From a virus: a stretch of DNA of 64,000 bases. Shown here piece after piece: positions 7,616-15,383 of this stretch (position 1 is its first letter; each line of letters starts with the position of its first letter). Location: positions 1 through 64,000 of the IMG/VR virus record IMGVR_UViG_3300002231_001563. The stretch is one strand, 5' to 3'. The notes below the pieces were generated by a model. It was given only the letters and a program-made list of their open reading frames with translations. It was not told the origin of the DNA and ran no database searches. The translations under genes were made by a program, and so were the position numbers.

Positions 7616-9970
7616 ATGGGCGGATTAGCTGGACATATGAGTCATCTTTATGATAATCCGAGGTTGACTTTCTCTGAAATTAAAAGTATTTTACAAGATG
7701 CAGCTGCAGGTAATCTTGAGGGCACTGAAAAGACTGATGGCCAGAACCTGTACATTTCTTTTTCGGTCCCCAAGCAAGAACTAGAATTTGCTGAGGATGG
7801 CCCAAAAGCTGCAAGGAATAAAACAAATATTAAAGCCGGAGGAATGTCTACTCAACAATTAGCAGACAAGTTCTCCTTCAATCCGGCTCTTAAAAAATCC
7901 TTCTCTCAGGCCCTTCGAGATTTCGGAAATGTAGTTAAATCTTTTCCGAAAGACAAGCAAATAGAAATATTTGGACCAGATACCAATATCTACTATAATG
8001 CTGAAATTATTAATCCTGAAACTGCAAATGTTGTAAATTATGATTCTAAGCTAGTTTCTATTCACAGAGGTGGTGGCGCAGAATTTGATAAAGAAACTGG
8101 CGCGCCAGTTCAAATTGAGATTACTGATCCTGAAACTGGAGAGATTATTACGGGCCCCAAAGATGTATCGGGGCATGCCCAGATGCTGTCTGATGTTCTA
8201 GAAGATATCCAGCAAGACTTATCCGATAATAAATTTAAAATTGAAATGGATGCAGTTTTTAATCTAAAGGCCCTGGAGGATAAAGAAGCTCTACAAACGG
8301 CGCTTGGTATTATTGAGGATGAACTTTCGAGTGAAGGAATTTCTGATAGCCAGATGGTTATTGAATATATTATGGCACGGATTTTATCCCTATTTCAAGA
8401 AGAGGGTCTTAATTTAGATGAAGAAACAGAAAGATTAGTTTTAAAGAGGATCCTTTTATCCAATCCCTCTTATAAGGAGGCTTATGGATATGATAAGATG
8501 CCCAAAGAATTGGATCCTCGTACAATTTTAAAAAATGCCAGTCAAAAAGATAAGAATCGTGTAATTTATTTGCTGAAAAATGCGAAGGAAATTTTAGCCA
8601 AAGCTATAGAGCCGATAGAGGGCGCAATCCACGATTTTACCGTTGAGATGTTACGCGGATTGGAGAGTTTATTTATTTTAGATAATAAAAAAGAAACAGA
8701 AAGACTCAAAAGTGAAGTGGCAAAAGCCATCGCCGCCATTGAGGCTTCCGGGCACGAAGGGGCTTTGGAAATATTACAAAAACAAATGAACAAATTAAAA
8801 AGCGTAGAAAATGTATCTACCGCAGCAGAGGGTTTTGTTTTTGATCACGATGGCTGGTCTTATAAATTTACGGGAAATTTCGCACCTATTAATCAAATTT
8901 TGGGCCTCTTTAAATATGGGCGTGCCGGAATACCTCCTTTGGAAAAATTAAATGAAAAAATAGAAAATGAATCTAAAAGGCAAGTCGTCTTGTACCCCGG
9001 GAGATTTCAACCCATGGGTCGACATCATGTCGCCGTATTCGAAGAATTACAAAATCGCTTTGGAAGGGGAAATGTATATATCGCCACATCTGATAAGGTG
9101 GATCCTCCAAAATCCCCTCTTAATTTCGAAGAAAAGAAAGAAATAATTTTAAAACATGGCATACCCGAGGAGCAAATATTAAATATTCGAAGCCCCTATC
9201 GCGGAGATGAACTAGAAAAATATTTTGATCCAGAAACTACGATAGCTATATATGCCCTCGGAGCAAAAGACGCTGGCAGGCTTTCTATGGCAGGCTGGTT
9301 TAGAGATTATGAAGATAATTTAAACGACCTAAAAACTTACCAAGATCACGGTTATGTTCTAGAGGCTCCCCACCAATGTATTATCCTTCCTACCGGTGAG
9401 GAGATGTGCGGAAGTAGTATACGGGCAGCTATGAAAAATCTTACTCCTGAGAGCTTTAATGACGTCATGGGATGGTTTGATCAGGATATCTATGACATGT
9501 TAAAGAGTAAGATTAGCGAAAGCCCCACGAGCCTCTCAGAGACACTTTTTTCTTTAATTGAGGAAGTTATTGAGGAGCGCTCAAAAAAGGCAGAAAAAAT
9601 CTCTAAAAAGATTGCATATCTCATTGATAAAGAAGGTAAAGATAAGGACCAGGCTGCAGCAATTGCCTATTCCATGTATGACCGGGGAGATCTGGATGAA
9701 CTTCGAACTAATATATCTGGTTTTTACGGCGATCCTCCTAAACCTAGACGAAAGCCGAAAAAAAATAAATATAATGAACCCACACTTCGCGACGACTCTA
9801 AGTCACCTCGCAACTCTAAAGAAAAAGAGGAAGAAGAAATGGAGCTGGAAGAAATCTCAGCTATGGGAGGGGGTGCCGCCCAAGGCAGTAGTGGCACACA
9901 GAATTCTGTACCTTTTCCGGGATTTAAAATAAAAAGAAGAAAATCCAAGAAGAAACGTACTAATTATTAA
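7616..9970 (+). CDS. Fusion: RNA/DNA-ligase-like covalent nucleotidyltransferase domain + HIGH-superfamily (cytidylyltransferase/NMNAT-like) domain
   Basis: EKTDG (motif I KxDG), YYNAEII, EGFVF (motif IV), YKF (motif V); then VVLYPGRFQPMGRHH, YIATS, ALGAKD. Confidence 0.65.
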   Translation: MGGLAGHMSHLYDNPRLTFSEIKSILQDAAAGNLEGTEKTDGQNLYISFSVPKQELEFAEDGPKAARNKTNIKAGGMSTQQLADKFSFNPALKKSFSQALRDFGNVVKSFPKDKQIEIFGPDTNIYYNAEIINPETANVVNYDSKLVSIHRGGGAEFDKETGAPVQIEITDPETGEIITGPKDVSGHAQMLSDVLEDIQQDLSDNKFKIEMDAVFNLKALEDKEALQTALGIIEDELSSEGISDSQMVIEYIMARILSLFQEEGLNLDEETERLVLKRILLSNPSYKEAYGYDKMPKELDPRTILKNASQKDKNRVIYLLKNAKEILAKAIEPIEGAIHDFTVEMLRGLESLFILDNKKETERLKSEVAKAIAAIEASGHEGALEILQKQMNKLKSVENVSTAAEGFVFDHDGWSYKFTGNFAPINQILGLFKYGRAGIPPLEKLNEKIENESKRQVVLYPGRFQPMGRHHVAVFEELQNRFGRGNVYIATSDKVDPPKSPLNFEEKKEIILKHGIPEEQILNIRSPYRGDELEKYFDPETTIAIYALGAKDAGRLSMAGWFRDYEDNLNDLKTYQDHGYVLEAPHQCIILPTGEEMCGSSIRAAMKNLTPESFNDVMGWFDQDIYDMLKSKISESPTSLSETLFSLIEEVIEERSKKAEKISKKIAYLIDKEGKDKDQAAAIAYSMYDRGDLDELRTNISGFYGDPPKPRRKPKKNKYNEPTLRDDSKSPRNSKEKEEEEMELEEISAMGGGAAQGSSGTQNSVPFPGFKIKRRKSKKKRTNY
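9959..9968 (+). promoter_or_regulatory. Putative late-promoter motif ACTAATTATT
   Basis: 21 nt upstream of ATG 9990; overlaps end of previous gene. Confidence 0.4.
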
Positions 9971-9989
9971 TAAACTGGAGTTTACTATA

Positions 9990-10883
9990 ATGATTAATAG
10001 AAATGATTTATTAGAAGAACATCTTTTGAGAGAAAATATCCGGACCGCACTTCGAATTGTTAAGCGGCGACAAGGACAAAAAGAATTTTATGTTCGTAAC
10101 ATAGTTAAATCATTGCTCTCAGAGGTTGCGTCCGTTAAATATGAGTATACCTCTTTAAATTTACTGGCTCACTTTATTAAGGAAGTTGTCGGAGACCCCT
10201 CTAAACCGGATAGCAATCCTGCGTTTAAGGATGCTTATACCGATCTTACTTCCTCAACAGAGGATCGAGAAATATTTACCGAATTTATTCTGGATTTTGC
10301 CAATGAGGATTTTCGCACAATTGATGCAGACCGAGAACCAAAATCCCTAGGACAGGACTTTGTTGAGAGAGGGTTTGAAGAGCCTGAAGAAGATATCGAA
10401 GATGTAGAAGAAGACGAAGAAGACGAGGTGATCACTATTAGCGTGAATGATCTTGAGGATAGCGGAGGAGATATTGTCCCTGAAGAACCTGAAGAAGAAG
10501 AATTTACTATTGGTGAAGACTTAGTTGAAGAAGAGCCTGAAGAAGATGTTAATTCTGGTATTAAAAAATATAGCAGAGAAGCATATAAGAGAATCGGCCC
10601 TGCTCTTCGAAGATATTACGGCCAAATCCAAAAAGAAAGTGTCCTAAAAAACGCCGTAGAGATCGATGGCAAGGAGTATCCTCCAGGAGATGTTAGCGAA
10701 AGGGAACTTTTCAGAATCTATCTAAAAAAGAATCTCTTACTTTGGGCTTCAAGATATGAGGAATTGTTTTTTCAAGATTCTCCCGAAACTGATATTGAAA
10801 TTGATGGACAAGCTGACGAAGAAGAAGCTGTTATTGATGCTGATACTGCTGGGGAATCTGAAGTTCTTGATTTAGGTTTTTAA
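9990..10883 (+). CDS. Highly acidic hypothetical protein (possible head core/scaffold)
   Basis: RBS GGAG; long D/E tracts; LLEE/LLRE/LLSE motifs. Confidence 0.65.
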   Translation: MINRNDLLEEHLLRENIRTALRIVKRRQGQKEFYVRNIVKSLLSEVASVKYEYTSLNLLAHFIKEVVGDPSKPDSNPAFKDAYTDLTSSTEDREIFTEFILDFANEDFRTIDADREPKSLGQDFVERGFEEPEEDIEDVEEDEEDEVITISVNDLEDSGGDIVPEEPEEEEFTIGEDLVEEEPEEDVNSGIKKYSREAYKRIGPALRRYYGQIQKESVLKNAVEIDGKEYPPGDVSERELFRIYLKKNLLLWASRYEELFFQDSPETDIEIDGQADEEEAVIDADTAGESEVLDLGF

Positions 10884-10903
10884 AAAAAATTACATCTTTT
10901 TCC

Positions 10904-10932
10904 TTGACAAAGGTTTAGATTTACGTTATATT
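10904..10932 (+). promoter_or_regulatory. Sigma70-type promoter TTGACA-N17-TATATT
   Basis: Perfect -35, 17-nt spacer, near-consensus -10, T-tract upstream. Confidence 0.85.
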
Positions 10933-10937
10933 AATAT

Positions 10938-11056
10938 TAATCACACTAAACATACTAATCACACTAAACATACTAATCACTCTAAACATACTAATATTAT
11001 AATCACTCTAAACATACTAATATTATAATCACTCTAAAACACTCTATCATACTAAT
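10938..11056. repeat. Iteron-like array: 18-bp unit TAATCAC[A/T]CTAAACATAC x4 plus degenerate copies, interspersed with the palindrome TAATATTA
   Basis: Units at 10938, 10956, 10974, 11000; CATACTAAT x5; no G on + strand from 10926 to 11059. Confidence 0.9.
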
Positions 11057-11062
11057 ACTGTT

Positions 11063-11434
11063 ATGTCAAATTGGAAACGCAGAAAGAATTACAATGGTAA
11101 AAACAAAGATTATAGTATCTCTAATAAACTTCGTAAAGAAAAGAGATCTCATGAAGAATTTGAGATTATGTTAAATAGTTTGACTCTCGAAGAGGTCATA
11201 GGGCTCAAGTTAGAATTGGCGTCACGAAATATAGCCAATCGCCTCTATGGCTTACCTATATGGTCATCAATAAATCATATAATTAAAGAAGCGGTTCTCA
11301 AGTATGCTCTGTCTGCCACGCGTACTCAAGCGGAGGCTATGAGATTCCTTGGCTTAAATCAAAGTCATTTTCACGAGCTGCGAAAGAAGTATAAAATTAA
11401 AGAATATTTTTTAAATCAAGAAGAAGAGGAATAG
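11063..11434 (+). CDS. DNA-binding protein with C-terminal Fis-like helix-turn-helix
   Basis: EAVLKYALSATRTQAEAMRFLGLNQSHFHELRKKYKI resembles the Fis/HTH_8 pattern. Confidence 0.7.
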   Translation: MSNWKRRKNYNGKNKDYSISNKLRKEKRSHEEFEIMLNSLTLEEVIGLKLELASRNIANRLYGLPIWSSINHIIKEAVLKYALSATRTQAEAMRFLGLNQSHFHELRKKYKIKEYFLNQEEEE

Positions 11435-11659
11435 CTGCATAGTTATACCTGGATGTACCTTTGTACCATCCCGGACACAGGAGAAAAGTGTAATTATAAA
11501 CGGAATGGTTCATTGTCTCTAACGAACCATGGGAGCGAAAGGAGAGTGGTAAGTGCGTTTTATATATTTAATTGAGTCTTTACTAACGCGAGTAATCCCC
11601 AAGTGCAGAGAGGCTAGGATGCTGGAAATCCAAGTTAACCAGCACTTTTCTTTTTTTTT
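11435..11659 (+). ncRNA. Candidate structured non-coding RNA (unassigned)
   Basis: ~230-nt ORF-free gap with hairpins 11448-11474, 11475-11491, 11505-11530 and possible long-range pair 11435-40/11603-08. Confidence 0.35.
11620..11659 (+). terminator. Probable intrinsic terminator
   Basis: Stem TGCTGG/CCAGCA followed by CTTTTCTTTTTTTTT. Confidence 0.55.
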
Positions 11660-11668
11660 GATTTTATT

Positions 11669-11923
11669 ATGCTACACGATGATATGAAAAAAACTATGAC
11701 AGAAGAGGAGGTCATTAATTTGGCATATGCAGAATATGAACCTAAATTTGATGCAACAGCAGAATTCCAGGTTAAAATTAAAAGTGATGATGGTGGTAAG
11801 ACAATCGATTTCTTTGTAGTCGGTGAAGAAAACGCAGAATATCTCCGAGATGAATTAAAGCAGACATATAATGGATATCGTACTATTGTAGTGTATCGCA
11901 GTGAAATGAAAATAAAGAAATAA
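11669..11923 (+). CDS. Hypothetical protein
   Basis: ORF track; directly abuts next gene. Confidence 0.65.
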   Translation: MLHDDMKKTMTEEEVINLAYAEYEPKFDATAEFQVKIKSDDGGKTIDFFVVGEENAEYLRDELKQTYNGYRTIVVYRSEMKIKK

Positions 11924-12586
11924 ATGAAAAGACTAATAATTTCAGACACCCACATAGGGTCAAGATTCTATAGAAGAAATAAATTACTGGAATTATTACG
12001 CACCAAAGAGTACGACCAACTCATTTTAAATGGCGACATTGTTGAATTTCTTAAGGGCCCAGTGTTTCATGAGATTGCTTTAGAAATTTTTAAAGCTATT
12101 GATTTTCGAAAAGAGATTATTTATGTGATAGGTAATCACGACTTGGCTTTATCTAATTTTGTAGGCAAAGAGATTGGGGGGATAAAATTTGTCAAAGAAT
12201 ACGTGTTCGAAGAAAATGGCAGGACATTTAGGGTAGAACACGGCGATGCCTATGAGACAGGTATAGTCCATTACCAGAAAACAATGAAAGTAGTTTCTGT
12301 TTTTCAGGACATAATCGAAAGAATTTTCAACATTGACTTATCTGAGTGGCTCACCAATTTGCGATTAAAAAAACGCAAGCTTAAGCGCTTATGGGATATT
12401 ATTGATAAAAACAGCGACGTAGATGTTCTTATAATAGGTCATATGCACATACCTGAAGTGGTGATTTGGATTGACGAATACGAAAAGATTAAAACATATG
12501 TCAATAGCGGAGATTGGGTCCAGCACGCCACCTATGTGGAAATTAATGATGGAATTGTGCGTTTAAGAAATTTTTTAAAAAAATGA
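11924..12586 (+). CDS. Calcineurin-like metallophosphoesterase, LpxH/PlcP-like
   Basis: SDTHIG, LNGDIVE, GNHD, HGD, GHMH, YVNSGDWV motifs. Confidence 0.85.
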   Translation: MKRLIISDTHIGSRFYRRNKLLELLRTKEYDQLILNGDIVEFLKGPVFHEIALEIFKAIDFRKEIIYVIGNHDLALSNFVGKEIGGIKFVKEYVFEENGRTFRVEHGDAYETGIVHYQKTMKVVSVFQDIIERIFNIDLSEWLTNLRLKKRKLKRLWDIIDKNSDVDVLIIGHMHIPEVVIWIDEYEKIKTYVNSGDWVQHATYVEINDGIVRLRNFLKK

Positions 12587-12622
12587 AAATTTAAATAATA
12601 CTTATATAAAAAAGAGGTAAGA

Positions 12623-13054
12623 ATGTTTGTTGTTTGGGGTATAGTTGGTTTCTTTTTTACGTCGCTGATGTTTTATTTAAATCATCGTTTTGTTGGTCAT
12701 GGGCCTTTAGGGAAGTGGCCCCTCTTGAGGCACATGAGAAGACTACATATGAAACACCACAGGCATGATTACGATGAAGAGCGAAATACTCACCTCACCC
12801 TTCCGTTGTGGGCTAAATTTTTATTCTTACTCACCTTCTTTCTTCTATCTTTAATATCCCTATCATTTGCTGTGGGTTATATCGTCTATGTGCTTTATTA
12901 TGGCTGGCTCCATCATAAAATGCACAATGATGACAAGACAGGCTATTGCTCACAACACCATTATATCCACCACAGAAAATCAGCAAAGCATAATTTCTCA
13001 GGTACAATGCCATTTATTGATAAAATTTTCGGAACTCATTTAAAAAAAGCTTGA
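12623..13054 (+). CDS. Fatty acid hydroxylase / sterol desaturase family membrane enzyme
   Basis: His boxes HRFVGH, HMKHH, HHKMH, HYIHH; hydrophobic segments; RBS GAGG. Confidence 0.85.
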   Translation: MFVVWGIVGFFFTSLMFYLNHRFVGHGPLGKWPLLRHMRRLHMKHHRHDYDEERNTHLTLPLWAKFLFLLTFFLLSLISLSFAVGYIVYVLYYGWLHHKMHNDDKTGYCSQHHYIHHRKSAKHNFSGTMPFIDKIFGTHLKKA

Positions 13055-13079
13055 CAAAAGTATAGAAATCCCATATAAT
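13051..13079 (+). promoter_or_regulatory. Sigma70 consensus promoter TTGACA-N17-TATAAT driving tRNAs/clpP
   Basis: Perfect consensus; tRNA starts 9 nt after the -10. Confidence 0.9.
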
Positions 13080-13087
13080 GTATATAT

Positions 13088-13164
13088 GGACTTTTAACTC
13101 AGTTGGTCAGAGTACCCGGCTCATACCCGGAATGTCGTAGGTTCAAGTCCTACAAAGTCCACCA
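13088..13164 (+). tRNA. tRNA with CAU anticodon (Ile2-like; elongator Met not excluded)
   Basis: Acceptor GGACTTT/AAAGTCC, T-loop TTCAAGT, anticodon loop CTCATAC, encoded CCA; resembles bacterial tRNA-Ile(CAU). Confidence 0.9.
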
Positions 13165-13173
13165 CTATTACAG

Positions 13174-13250
13174 GCCTCCGTAGCTCAACTGGATAGAGCA
13201 TCGGCCTTCTAAGCCGAGGGTTACGCGTTCGAGTCGTGTCGGAGGTGCCA
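13174..13250 (+). tRNA. tRNA-Arg(UCU)
   Basis: Acceptor GCCTCCG/CGGAGGT, anticodon stem TCGGC/GCCGA, loop CTTCTAA, T-loop TTCGAGT, CCA end. Confidence 0.95.
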
Positions 13251-13255
13251 TTATC

Positions 13256-13894
13256 ATGAATTTAACAAAGAGAGAAAAAATGAAAGATATATATTGGTCG
13301 AGCTTACCTACCCACGTTCCGGGCTCTGATTTAGAAAGTTCAAAGTCGGATGATAATAACAAGGTAGAAATTAAGAGTAATAGAGTATATTTTTATTCTG
13401 AAGTCTCTCGTTCTAAAAATTTAGATCTTAATATGAAACTGAGAGATCTGGAAAATGATCTGCTTGCCCAAAAACAAAGGTTAGCGCTAGAAGGCCCAGG
13501 AAAAATATATCTCCATATCAATTCTTATGGAGGGTCGGTATTCGCAGGATTTTCTTCCGTTGATTATATTGCGACATCTCATGTTCCAGTAACATCGGTT
13601 ATTGATGGCTGCGCAGCTTCGGCAGCTACTATTATGAGTGTTGTGGCAGAACATCGGCAGATCAATAAACATGCTTATATGCTGATTCACCAATTATCAT
13701 CAGGCATGTGGGGTAAATATCAAGAGCAGAAAGATACCATGATGAACAACGACGCCCTCATGAAAATGATTATTGAGATTTATGAGGAGCATACTAAGAT
13801 TCCAAAAAAGGAATTAGATAAATTACTTAAGCATGATTTGTGGTGGGACGCATCTACGTGCTTAAAATATGGATTAGTAGATGAAATTATTTAA
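13256..13894 (+). CDS. clpP: ClpP-like serine protease
   Basis: IYLHINSYGGSV, GCAASAA (catalytic Ser), MLIHQ (His); start may be 13279-region MKDIY. Confidence 0.85.
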   Translation: MNLTKREKMKDIYWSSLPTHVPGSDLESSKSDDNNKVEIKSNRVYFYSEVSRSKNLDLNMKLRDLENDLLAQKQRLALEGPGKIYLHINSYGGSVFAGFSSVDYIATSHVPVTSVIDGCAASAATIMSVVAEHRQINKHAYMLIHQLSSGMWGKYQEQKDTMMNNDALMKMIIEIYEEHTKIPKKELDKLLKHDLWWDASTCLKYGLVDEII

Positions 13895-14057
13895 AAGATT
13901 ATTTAAATCCTATCTGGTGTTTGGGTTGGGCGTTATTTTTGGCTCTACTATTTCTTCTCTGGTAACTTATGCCATAATGGCCTTCTCTTATGGGAGTCCA
14001 GACGCGATTAAAATACTTCAAATTCAACAATGTTTAGAGGAAAAAATTAGTGAATAA
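13881..14057 (+). CDS. Small membrane protein, 58 aa (below ORF-track cutoff)
   Basis: Manual translation MKLFKRLFKSYLVFGLGVIFGSTISSLVTYAIMAFSYG...EEKISE; overlaps both neighbours. Confidence 0.6.
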   Translation: MKLFKRLFKSYLVFGLGVIFGSTISSLVTYAIMAFSYGSPDAIKILQIQQCLEEKISE

Positions 14058-14472
14058 AGAAAATAAAACAGTTATGGTATCAGGGGGATTTGATCCAATC
14101 CATGTTGGTCATGTAAGAATGATCCGCGCTGCAGCTCAATATGGTAATGTCATTGTGGTTGCCAATTCAGATGAGTGGCTCTATCGCAAGAAAGGGTATA
14201 ACTTTATGGGGTTTAACGAAAGAAAAGAAATTTTGATGGCTCTAAAAGGAGTTATTGACGTTGTTCCGGTGCATGATGACGATGGTACTGTTTGTACAGC
14301 ACTTTTGGAGCATAAGCCAACTTATTTTGCCAACGGAGGCGATCGCACATCTGAGAATACTCCCGAAAAAATGGTTTGTGAAGAGCTAGGAATAGAAATG
14401 TTATGGAATGTCGGCGGCCAAAAGATTCAATCATCGTCAGAATTGGTGCAAGTGGCTCATGAAAAGTCGTAA
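14050..14472 (+). CDS. Cytidylyltransferase/adenylyltransferase (TagD/RfaE/RibL-like)
   Basis: VSGGFDPIHVGH (HxGH), NSDEWLYRKKG, FANGGDR. Confidence 0.9.
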   Translation: MNKENKTVMVSGGFDPIHVGHVRMIRAAAQYGNVIVVANSDEWLYRKKGYNFMGFNERKEILMALKGVIDVVPVHDDDGTVCTALLEHKPTYFANGGDRTSENTPEKMVCEELGIEMLWNVGGQKIQSSSELVQVAHEKS

Positions 14473-14587
14473 AAAAATTAGAAAATTAGTATGTAATTCA
14501 ATTCTGGCCGCTGGCTGGACAGCTATAGGAGCAGCGGTGGTAGCTCATTTTCTCTACTATTCTTTATTAGATGTAGAAAAATTATAA
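14459..14587 (+). CDS. Small membrane protein, 42 aa
   Basis: Manual translation MKSRKKIRKLVCNSILAAGWTAIGAAVVAHFLYYSLLDVEKL; basic N-terminus plus one TM segment. Confidence 0.5.
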   Translation: MKSRKKIRKLVCNSILAAGWTAIGAAVVAHFLYYSLLDVEKL

Positions 14588-14619
14588 AATGGGAAATCGC
14601 CGCCATAATTACTAATAGG

Positions 14620-14901
14620 ATGAATTGGTTTTTATATATTGTTAACACAGATTTTCTTGATGATGATGGAGAATTAATAAAGAATGGCGAGGCCGGAGTA
14701 GGCCAGTGTTCGATGGATCCTGGGATTGTCGATGCGCCGTATGGAACAATGTATATAATTTCCGGATTTGAAGTAAAAAAATATTTTAAAAAAAATAAAA
14801 TTGTTAATCTGAGTGCTTATCATGTGAGAAAGGCAATAGAAAATTATTATTTCAGAAAAGACAAGAAAAAACCAGAGCCGGAAGAATTTATTTTTGATTA
14901 G
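14620..14901 (+). CDS. Hypothetical protein
   Basis: ORF track. Confidence 0.6.
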   Translation: MNWFLYIVNTDFLDDDGELIKNGEAGVGQCSMDPGIVDAPYGTMYIISGFEVKKYFKKNKIVNLSAYHVRKAIENYYFRKDKKKPEPEEFIFD

Positions 14902-14910
14902 GAGAAAAGA

Positions 14911-15090
14911 ATGATACAGTCAATAAAGAATGTCCTATCTGCGATTGGAGAGGGAATAAGGGGATATATTTCTGATCCTATTAAATATTCTTTCATGGTT
15001 TCTTATAAAATTTTATGTATAGGGTTGGGGATATGGATTATTCTATATATCACCTCTTTTGTTTTAAAAATTCTTGGCATCGGCGCCTGA
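14911..15090 (+). CDS. Small membrane protein, 59 aa
   Basis: RBS AGGAGA; manual translation MIQSIKNVLSAIGEGIRGYISDPIKYSFMVSYKILCIGLGIWIILYITSFVLKILGIGA. Confidence 0.6.
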   Translation: MIQSIKNVLSAIGEGIRGYISDPIKYSFMVSYKILCIGLGIWIILYITSFVLKILGIGA

Positions 15091-15091
15091 A

Positions 15092-15352
15092 ATGAAAATC
15101 AAAAAATCCACACGATGTTACTTATCTTCGGTTGGTCATAATAATTTTTTTTATCCTGACTATGAGAATGGTGAGACCGTATTTTTAGAGGAAGAAGAAA
15201 ATCCTGAGCTAAAAATGTGGTTATATGAAAATAAAAAATTGCGGCCTGTCTTGGTTGAGGCTTCCAAATTAGAAAATGTAATAGCTGCGCCGGGAATCAA
15301 GACTGTCGTCTGGATTCGGCCGAAGGATTTAATTAATGACGAAAATAATTAA
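15092..15352 (+). CDS. Hypothetical protein
   Basis: ATG 15092 in frame with ORF-track 15074 and follows previous stop. Confidence 0.6.
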   Translation: MKIKKSTRCYLSSVGHNNFFYPDYENGETVFLEEEENPELKMWLYENKKLRPVLVEASKLENVIAAPGIKTVVWIRPKDLINDENN

Positions 15353-15383
15353 AATACTTAACCGCCGAACTACTTAAAAATAC

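Noticed and set aside
10930-11030. Peptide encoded by the 18-bp repeats (LITLNI or HTKHTN repeats)
   Set aside because: No start codon or RBS after the promoter, and frames close quickly.
10938-11056. Repeat array as a mini-CRISPR (with the Cas4-like gene 7 kb away)
   Set aside because: Units are tandem or separated by an identical 8-bp sequence; there are no unique 25-45-nt spacers and no cas1/cas2 or effector genes.
13165-13173. tRNA-associated (theta/HDV-like) ribozyme between or after the tRNAs
   Set aside because: The spacer is only 9 nt and clpP starts 6 nt after the second tRNA, leaving no room.
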